Positions 57,986 to 64,000 of a DNA stretch of 64,000 nt are shown piece by piece. The stretch is from the NCBI GenBank assembly GCA_963169745.1, contig CAUJCU010000010.1:131487-195486 (forward strand), written 5' to 3'. Each line of letters begins with the position of its first letter. Positions within the stretch are counted from its first letter, which is position 1. The notes below the pieces were generated by a model. That model ran no database searches. It had not been told where the DNA came from and worked only from the letters and a program-made list of their open reading frames with translations. This DNA comes from Bacteroidota bacterium. GTDB lineage: Bacteria > Bacteroidota > Bacteroidia > UBA4408. The position numbers and the translations under genes were made by a program.

Positions 57986-58020
57986 AATACACCCCTAAGT
58001 TTTTAGAGGTGTATTTTTTT
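57986..58020 (+). terminator. Rho-independent terminator after recA
   Basis: AATACACCCCTAAgtttTTAGAGGTGTATTttttt. 13-bp stem with one C/A mismatch, a tetraloop and a T-tract. Confidence 0.7.
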
Positions 58021-58055
58021 GAAACGGTGTTTCAAAATTCATTTTCTTTGCACTT

Positions 58056-59060
58056 ATGTTTAAGTCCATATTTTGTTCGTTGGCTTTGCTTTTAGCCTTA
58101 TTTTCTTGCTCCCCAAAAAAAGAAGAAAAAACCAAAAAAGTTATACCCAAAGACACAACACTAGAGTTGATAAATGCCCGCATTGAAGGCAATCGTAAAA
58201 ACCCTGCCCTATATGCACAAAGAGCAGAACTTTGGTTCTCAAAAGGAAAATATCAAAATGCATTTGATGATTGGACAACAGTCATAGCCCTTGATTCTAT
58301 GAACTACGACTATCAACTTAAATTTTCAGATATTGCATTTCTTATAGGAAAGTCACGTCAAACGAAACAAGCCCTTGAAAAATGTATAGTGCTTAAACCA
58401 AATGACATAACGGCCTCGCTAAAACTGGCAGAACTTTATATTTATGTAAAAGAGTATAAGCAAGCATTAATATTGCTTAAAGAAGTTACTAAGGCCGACA
58501 ATCTAAATGCTAAAGCATATTTTATGCGTGGGTTAACTTATAAATTTACGGGCGACACCTCTTTGGCAATAACCAATTTTCAACGTACCATTGAGCTCGA
58601 TCAGGATTATTATAATGCCTATATGCAGTTAGGAATTCTTTTTGGAGCAAGGCATAATCCGGTTGCTATTGAATATTACAATAATGCCCTTAATTTAAAC
58701 CCACAAAGTACAGAAGCGCTGTATGCCAAATCTTTGTTTTTTCAGGATCATGGCGATATACAATCGGCCGTAAAGGGGTATAATATGTTGTTACAAATGG
58801 ATTCTACCAACTATTTTACCTATTATAATTTAGGTTTTATTGCCTTCAATGCTGAAAAGGACTTTCGAAAAGCCACAGTTTTATTTACTAAAGCCATTAA
58901 ATTTAACGAAGCCTATACCGAAGCTTATTATATGCGTGGTTTAAGCTTTGAGCAGTTAGCCGAATATGCTAAAAGTATAAGAGATTACTCGGCAGCACTG
59001 CAAATAGCACCGCATTACGAGTTGGCTCTAAACGCTCTTAAGCGGGTAGAGCGCAAATAG
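58056..59060 (+). CDS. Tetratricopeptide-repeat lipoprotein
   Basis: Lipoprotein signal (LALLLALFSCS). About 7 TPR repeats (AYFMRGLTYKFTGD, AYMQLGILF, AYYMRGLSFEQL). Confidence 0.65.
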   Translation: MFKSIFCSLALLLALFSCSPKKEEKTKKVIPKDTTLELINARIEGNRKNPALYAQRAELWFSKGKYQNAFDDWTTVIALDSMNYDYQLKFSDIAFLIGKSRQTKQALEKCIVLKPNDITASLKLAELYIYVKEYKQALILLKEVTKADNLNAKAYFMRGLTYKFTGDTSLAITNFQRTIELDQDYYNAYMQLGILFGARHNPVAIEYYNNALNLNPQSTEALYAKSLFFQDHGDIQSAVKGYNMLLQMDSTNYFTYYNLGFIAFNAEKDFRKATVLFTKAIKFNEAYTEAYYMRGLSFEQLAEYAKSIRDYSAALQIAPHYELALNALKRVERK

Positions 59061-59171
59061 TATATATCAGAAGTATATTCATATATAAGGCAAACAGCCC
59101 TGTAATTAAACCCTATTTTTGAGCTGTTTCCTATGTGAATAAGAAGCTTTATTAATACATGAATATGTTGA

Positions 59172-59582
59172 TTACGGTTGGGATGGAACTTTAGAAATAT
59201 CCAAATAGAAAATCTCCCAGGTGTGCCCGTCAAAATCTTCAACAGTTCTTTGTTTCATAAAACCATAATCTCTCATCTCGTTGGGTTCAATTCCACCTGC
59301 ATTTAACCCATTGGTCATAACAATATTCATTTCTTCAATACTATTTACAGATAATGAAAAAAGTCCGGCAATGTGATATTTTGTGTCTGCTATCGGTTTA
59401 GAGGTGAATGATGCAAATTTTTCGTGTGTCATAATCATTACAAAAATGCTTTCACTCCAAACCATACACTTTGCTGTATGGTCAGAAAATTGAGGGTTAT
59501 TTGTAAACCCCAATGCAGCATAAAAGGCCATTGATTTTTGAAGGTCTTTTACGGCTAAATTGATAAAAATTTGTTTCCCCAT
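59172..59582 (-). CDS. VOC-family protein (glyoxalase/bleomycin-resistance/dioxygenase fold)
   Basis: 136 aa. The N-terminal FINLAVKDLQKSMAFYAALGF beta-alpha-beta-beta-beta module and the C-terminal DPDGHTWE-like stretch (FDGHTWEIF) are typical of VOC proteins. Confidence 0.6.
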   Translation of the reverse strand: MGKQIFINLAVKDLQKSMAFYAALGFTNNPQFSDHTAKCMVWSESIFVMIMTHEKFASFTSKPIADTKYHIAGLFSLSVNSIEEMNIVMTNGLNAGGIEPNEMRDYGFMKQRTVEDFDGHTWEIFYLDISKVPSQP

Positions 59583-59625
59583 TAATTTAAATTTGAATTG
59601 TTTTTCTTCTTTTTAAGTATGCTTT

Positions 59626-59670
59626 ATCAACTCGTATAATTATTCTCGCAAATTAATTATACGAGTTGAT
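59626..59670. promoter_or_regulatory. Perfect 17-bp inverted repeat (ATCAACTCGTATAATTA - 11 nt - TAATTATACGAGTTGAT), candidate operator
   Basis: Seen directly in the sequence. Its 3' edge lies about 45 nt upstream of the VOC gene start codon (minus strand). Neither side is followed by a U-tract, so it is unlikely to be an intrinsic terminator. The arms contain a TATAAT hexamer. Confidence 0.5.
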
Positions 59671-59753
59671 TATATCCCCAAACATAGTAAATATTAAAAA
59701 TTGAGCGCTAAATATGGCTGCTTTTTTTTACAATTTAAATAAGTTTTCCAAAT

Positions 59754-59790
59754 AAAAAAGCAGCAAAATGTTCATTATTTGCTGCTTTTT
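59754..59790 (-). terminator. Rho-independent terminator after pnp (bidirectional)
   Basis: aaaaaGCAGCAAAatgttcattaTTTGCTGCttttt, immediately 3' of the pnp stop. A-tract and T-tract on both flanks. Confidence 0.7.
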
Positions 59791-59813
59791 AAAAAGATTT
59801 GAAAAAAAATTAC

Positions 59814-61952
59814 TTACGTAGCACTTGTATTTGACTTTTCGGGCTTAGGTATCAAAACCTTTTTAGATAATTTGAATTTGCCTGATTTAGGGTCAACACC
59901 AATTAATTTAACAGTAACTAATTCACCTTCTTTAAAAATACCATCCATGTTTTCTAAACGCTTGTGATCTATTTCAGAAATGTGTAACAAACCATCTTTA
60001 CCTGGCATAAACTCAATAAAGGCGCCAAATGTTGTAATTGACTTAACTTTACCGGTATAAACTTCACCAACTTCCGGTATAGCTACAATATTTTTTACAC
60101 GCGCTGTAGCCATATCAATTGACGATTTATCGGGCGAAGAAATTTCAACACGACCAATATTTCCAATTTCCTCAATACTAATTTGGGCTCCCGATTCACG
60201 TTGTATTTCCTGAATAATTTTTCCACCGGGGCCAATTACTGCACCAATAAATTCTTTTGGAATTTCAAGAACAACTATGCGCGGGGCATGAGGTTTGTAA
60301 TCACTATGAGGCTCTTGAATGGTTTTAGCCATTTCATTCAAAATATGTAAACGTCCTTCTTTGGCTTGATGTAAGGCTTCGGCCAATACTTCATACGATA
60401 GCCCATCTACTTTAATATCCATTTGGCAGGCTACAATACCATCTTTTGTTCCGGTTACTTTAAAATCCATATCACCCAAATGGTCTTCATCACCTAAAAT
60501 ATCCGAAAGCACGGCATATTCTCCTTTGTTGTTGGCAATTAAGCCCATAGCAATGCCAGCAACCGGTTTTTTTATTTTTATACCCGCATCCATTAAAGCC
60601 AGCGTACCAGCGCATACGGTTGCCATTGACGAGGATCCGTTTGATTCTAAAATATCAGAAACCACACGTATAGTATAGGTCATCTCGTCTGGAAGCATTT
60701 TCTTTAAAGAACGCATAGCCAAATTTCCGTGTCCTACTTCTCTGCGTCCTGTGCCTCGCATCGGTTTTACTTCACCGGTACTAAAAGGGGGGAAGTTATA
60801 GTGAAGTAAAAACTTATTGTAGCCATTAATTACCGCGCCATCAATCATCTGCTCGTCTAATTTACTTCCTAAAGTTACGGTGGTAAGTGATTGTGTTTCG
60901 CCACGAGTAAAAATTGCCGAACCATGAGCAGAAGGTAAATAATCTATTTCGCTCCAAATAGGTCTTATTTGATTAAGTTTTCTGCCATCTAGGCGGGTTC
61001 TTTCTTTTAAAACAGAGTCTCTAACAGCATTCTTTTCAACGTCATGAAAATATTTACCAATCAAAAAAGATTTAGCTTTTTGTTCTTCCTCAGGAAGTGT
61101 AGCTACAAATTCGGCTTTAACGGCATCAAACATCTTAGCTCTTTCCGATTTATTGGCATTTCCGGCTTTTGCTATAGCATACACTTTGTCATAGCATGCC
61201 TTTTCAATAGCAGCTTTAAGCTCAGGTAGGTGATTTTCGTGACTATAGCTTCTTTTGGTTTTATTGCCAACCATTTCGGCAAGTTCTGTTTGGGCTTTGC
61301 ACTGTAATTTTATAGCTTCATGGGCAACTTTGAGGGCCGCTGCCAAGTCCTCTTCACTGCATTCGTTCATCTCGCCCTCAACCATATTAATATCTTTGGC
61401 TGTTCCTGCCACAATAATATCAATATCAGCAGTTTCAAGTAAACTGCGTGAAGGATTAATAATAAAATTTCCATCAATTCGAGCAACGCGTACTTCCGAA
61501 ACTGGACCATTAAATGGAATATCAGAAACAGAAATTGCAGCAGAAGCTGCTAAACCGGCTAAGGCATCAGGTAAAATATCTTTATCAGATGATATTAGGG
61601 TAATCAATACTTGTGTGTCGGCATGGTAATCATCAGGAAACAAGGGTCTTAAGGCTCTGTCCACTAACCTGGAAATTAATATTTCGTATTCTGATAACTT
61701 TGCTTCTCTCTTAAAAAAACCTCCGGGAAATCTTCCAACCGAGGCGTATTTTTCTTGATAATCAACAGATAATGGCAAGAAATCAACATTCTCACCGGCT
61801 TCCTTTTTAGAACAAACAGTAGCTAGTAACATGGTATTTCCCATACGTACTACTACCGAGCCATCGGCTTGTTTTGCTAACTTTCCGGTTTCAATAGAAA
61901 TTGTCCGGCCATCTCCTAAATCAAATGATTTTACTATTGCTTGTTGCGACAT
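59814..61952 (-). CDS. pnp: Polyribonucleotide nucleotidyltransferase (PNPase); start taken at [10 protein letters not shown]
   Basis: Two RNase PH domains, then KH ([16 protein letters not shown]) and S1 ([20 protein letters not shown]) domains. The canonical N-terminus is the Met 13 codons inside the track ORF. Confidence 0.9.
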   Translation of the reverse strand: MSQQAIVKSFDLGDGRTISIETGKLAKQADGSVVVRMGNTMLLATVCSKKEAGENVDFLPLSVDYQEKYASVGRFPGGFFKREAKLSEYEILISRLVDRALRPLFPDDYHADTQVLITLISSDKDILPDALAGLAASAAISVSDIPFNGPVSEVRVARIDGNFIINPSRSLLETADIDIIVAGTAKDINMVEGEMNECSEEDLAAALKVAHEAIKLQCKAQTELAEMVGNKTKRSYSHENHLPELKAAIEKACYDKVYAIAKAGNANKSERAKMFDAVKAEFVATLPEEEQKAKSFLIGKYFHDVEKNAVRDSVLKERTRLDGRKLNQIRPIWSEIDYLPSAHGSAIFTRGETQSLTTVTLGSKLDEQMIDGAVINGYNKFLLHYNFPPFSTGEVKPMRGTGRREVGHGNLAMRSLKKMLPDEMTYTIRVVSDILESNGSSSMATVCAGTLALMDAGIKIKKPVAGIAMGLIANNKGEYAVLSDILGDEDHLGDMDFKVTGTKDGIVACQMDIKVDGLSYEVLAEALHQAKEGRLHILNEMAKTIQEPHSDYKPHAPRIVVLEIPKEFIGAVIGPGGKIIQEIQRESGAQISIEEIGNIGRVEISSPDKSSIDMATARVKNIVAIPEVGEVYTGKVKSITTFGAFIEFMPGKDGLLHISEIDHKRLENMDGIFKEGELVTVKLIGVDPKSGKFKLSKKVLIPKPEKSNTSAT

Positions 61953-61971
61953 CTTAATATATTTTGTATCA

Positions 61972-62004
61972 ATAAAAAAAAAGGCAATCACACAAGATTG
62001 CCTT
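61972..62004 (-). terminator. rpsO-pnp intergenic hairpin (attenuator/terminator; RNase III-type processing site by analogy with E. coli)
   Basis: On the minus strand: AAGGCAATCttgtgtGATTGCCTTttttttttt. 9-bp stem followed by a U-run, between the rpsO stop and the pnp start. Confidence 0.6.
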
Positions 62005-62033
62005 TGTATTATGTTCCCGAAAATGGGATATTA

Positions 62034-62303
62034 TTACTTTCTAATTTCCAGATCCTTGATGATTGCTCTGTAACGAAAAACATCAACACTCTTCAAATGA
62101 TCTAAAATTCTTCTTCTTTTTCCTACCACGTTCAACAAGGCTCTTTGGGTATTAAAATCCTTTTTATTGGTTTTTAAATGCCCGGTCATGTGGTTAATTC
62201 TATGCGTAAACAAAGCTATTTGCGATTCTGCAGAACCAGTGTTTGTTACACTTTTGCCGTGTTTTTCAAAAATTTCTTTTTTTAATTCTGATGATAAATA
62301 CAT
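62034..62303 (-). CDS. rpsO: 30S ribosomal protein S15
   Basis: MYLSSELKKEIFEKHGKSVTNTGSAESQIALFTHRINHMTGHLKTNKKDFNTQRALLNVVGKRRRILDHLK. Full-length S15, 89 aa. Confidence 0.95.
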   Translation of the reverse strand: MYLSSELKKEIFEKHGKSVTNTGSAESQIALFTHRINHMTGHLKTNKKDFNTQRALLNVVGKRRRILDHLKSVDVFRYRAIIKDLEIRK

Positions 62304-62337
62304 ACTTAATTTTTATTTAATCCTAAAAAATAGACCG

Positions 62338-62369
62338 CAAAAATATAAATCTCTTTTCAATTAATCAAA
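62338..62369 (-). promoter_or_regulatory. Candidate Bacteroidota sigma-A promoter for rpsO-pnp (-33 TTTG / -7 TATTTTTG)
   Basis: Minus-strand sequence TTTG-(20 nt)-TATTTTTG ends about 30 nt upstream of the rpsO ATG. It matches the TTTG/TAnnTTTG consensus and spacing. Confidence 0.4.
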
Positions 62370-63443
62370 TAATATCATCTCTTTCTTTAAAACACACTAT
62401 AAAGCCGAAATAGATGAGGCATCATAATTTTTTTAAATAATTGATATATAGCTATTTAGTAAAATTGTTTAAAGCAAAAATCAATAGAAAAACACAGATA
62501 CTATTTTTTAACACTAAAAAATGAATAACTTTTTAGACTGGATAAATATAGAATATAATCTCCATAAAATATATTTTGTATGTTTTTACTATATCAACAT
62601 AATGAATAGGTAAATCAGAACAATGTGCATCGTTGGCCTCAGGTTTGAACTTAAACTCATTTAACGATAAGTTACTTATTATATTCTGTTAAAAAATAGT
62701 TTCAATGAATTATCATAATGTACTGAAAATTAATTCGATAAAAATATAAATGGAGATTTATTTTAAATACTATAACGTTTAATGTAATCCTCCCTATACT
62801 GTCACAATGACTTCTCAAGCTAACGCAGGACTTATTAGAATTACAAATCCTTATCTTTGACTTGCTGATTGTAAGCTCAATTTAAAACCCACCGTAAAAG
62901 CGAGGTTATGCTTCGTTTTCCTTTAATTGAGCAAGTTTTACTTGCAAATTTTGAAATTAAACTTGCTGCACTTTGAAGCCAAGCGCTAACTACTAAAAAA
63001 AACACGAAGCTATACTGGCGTACAACAAATCAACCTGGAAGATTATTTATTTTTTGACCAAAAAAGGAAATTGGGAATTGTGAAAAGAATTCAAAAACAA
63101 ATTATTAAATTTGAACTGACTAATAAAGAATTGGGAATTAGAACTAATTGATATACAATAATTATTTCTTCGTTAGTTAGAACCTTATGACGACAGTGCA
63201 ACCTTGAAACTTTACGGCTTTGAACAGACAGTTTTTAATACAATCAAACCGACAAGACAGCTTTTCAAGCGGCCAGCCAACTCTTCGTATTTTTTATTTT
63301 TTGCCTACGCTCAATTTTTTAATTCAAATTTTTGCCACCCACATTGCATATTTTCATTTTTTGCAACGCTTTAAGTCGAAACAGAAAAAAATGATAAGAA
63401 TACAATTTCGTCAACGCTTTATAAAAACAATTACCTTTCGGCT

Positions 63444-64000
63444 ATGGAAAATAACGATAACGGAGCACTAATTTTTTTACTAGTAGTTGTTATTGGTGTT
63501 TGCATTTGGCTATACATCAAACTGAAGAACGAAAGAAAGGAACGGGAAAAGGTTGGACGAGAAAACCGAAAGCTGATTGCTGACAATGCTTTGCTTGAAG
63601 CTGAGCATTTGAAATTTCAGTTACAGCCACATACACTCAACAACATTTTGGCTAATCTGAAGTCCATTGCCAACAAACTCAACAAGGGAATGGATTCACT
63701 TTCCGAAACGCTTGACTACATACTTTACAAAGGACAATCTCATTTGGTTAGTGTTGAGGACGAAATGAATTTCATCAAAAAGTATTTGGCACTAAATGAC
63801 CTATTCATTTCTGAAATTGATTCAATAAAGTATGACGGCTCACAGGTAAACACCAATTCAAAACATTTCATTTCCCCTTGTGTACCTCACTTGATAACAG
63901 CTTACTTCATTGAGAACGCTTTCAAACATGGTGATGTAAACCATCCAGAGTTTTTGAAAATTCAAATCAAACTTTCGGACACAGTTTTTGAAATGGCAGT
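63444..64000 (+). CDS. LytS/YehU-type sensor histidine kinase (His_kinase PF06580 H-box), partial; continues past window end
   Basis: MENNDNGALIFLLVVVIGVCIWLYI (single TM), a coiled linker, then the H-box LKFQLQPHTLNNILANLKS and N-box-like VPHLITAYFIENAFKHGD. The frame runs open to the window edge. Confidence 0.7.
   Translation, partial: MENNDNGALIFLLVVVIGVCIWLYIKLKNERKEREKVGRENRKLIADNALLEAEHLKFQLQPHTLNNILANLKSIANKLNKGMDSLSETLDYILYKGQSHLVSVEDEMNFIKKYLALNDLFISEIDSIKYDGSQVNTNSKHFISPCVPHLITAYFIENAFKHGDVNHPEFLKIQIKLSDTVFEMA

Noticed and set aside
59061-59171. Possible long hairpin (AAACAGC...GCTGTTT) between the convergent TPR-lipoprotein and VOC genes as a terminator
   Set aside because: The loop would be about 27 nt with no flanking U-tract. 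This is weak and was not reported as a feature.
61915-61985. Apparent one-base inconsistencies between the printed sequence and the ORF-track translations (a missing T near 61920/61921 and an extra A in the poly-A run near 61973-61982)
   Set aside because: Flanking anchors (ATG at 61831, rpsO start at 62303) agree with the track, so the two discrepancies cancel. Most likely this is my mis-reading of line wrapping. I trusted the ORF track for the pnp and rpsO coordinates and did not call a frameshift or pseudogene.
63220-63471. 83-aa ORF in the rpsO-upstream noncoding region
   Set aside because: It has low-complexity (F/Q/R/I-rich) composition and no start context. It overlaps the well-supported kinase start at 63444. 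It is more likely chance, and the region is treated as noncoding.
1-64000. CRISPR arrays, diversity-generating retroelements, transposases/IS elements, toxin-antitoxin pairs, known phage-defence operons
   Set aside because: No regularly spaced direct repeats were found. No reverse transcriptase, transposase/integrase-like ORFs or small adjacent gene pairs with TA-like features were found in either strand's ORF set.

Overview
This 64 kb window looks like a chromosomal segment of an AT-rich genome (about one-third GC by eye) from the Bacteroidota. The phylum call rests on several signals. Three secreted proteins end in T9SS (type IX secretion) C-terminal sorting domains. One of them carries SprB-type repeats, a DUF4199 membrane protein is present, and several upstream regions contain TAnnTTTG -7 promoter boxes. 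Gene density is high and almost every six-frame ORF of 150 aa or more has a recognisable family. Core genes are a DNA topoisomerase IV subunit A (parC-like), sucD, birA, hisS, hutH, pdxH, recA, pnp, rpsO, rlmH and two ABC-F translation ATPases. There are also tRNA-Lys(UUU), tRNA-Met(CAU), a dipeptidyl-peptidase IV and two tandem POT peptide transporters. Envelope and glycan functions are scattered between them. One is a Wzx/Wzy-type polysaccharide locus (wecB, GT4, Wzy, Wzx, an unknown secreted protein, an O-antigen-ligase-like protein, GT2). A second operon reads sugar-phosphate transferase, DegT aminotransferase, DUF4199, DUF1015. A further GT4 sits divergent from a polytopic membrane protein. 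I found no transposases, integrases, phage genes, CRISPR arrays or recognisable defence systems. The most unusual features are listed here. (1) A tandem pair of rapidly diverged paralogous T9SS cargo genes sharing a cysteine-rich multi-module body. (2) A roughly 1.1 kb ORF-poor, repeat-containing AT-rich region between rpsO and a LytS-type sensor kinase. (3) A perfect 17 bp inverted repeat upstream of a VOC/glyoxalase-family gene. (4) A glycan-modification operon ending in two domain-of-unknown-function genes. Coordinates of ORFs follow the supplied six-frame track. Hairpins, tRNAs and promoters were placed by hand and may be off by 1-2 nt.
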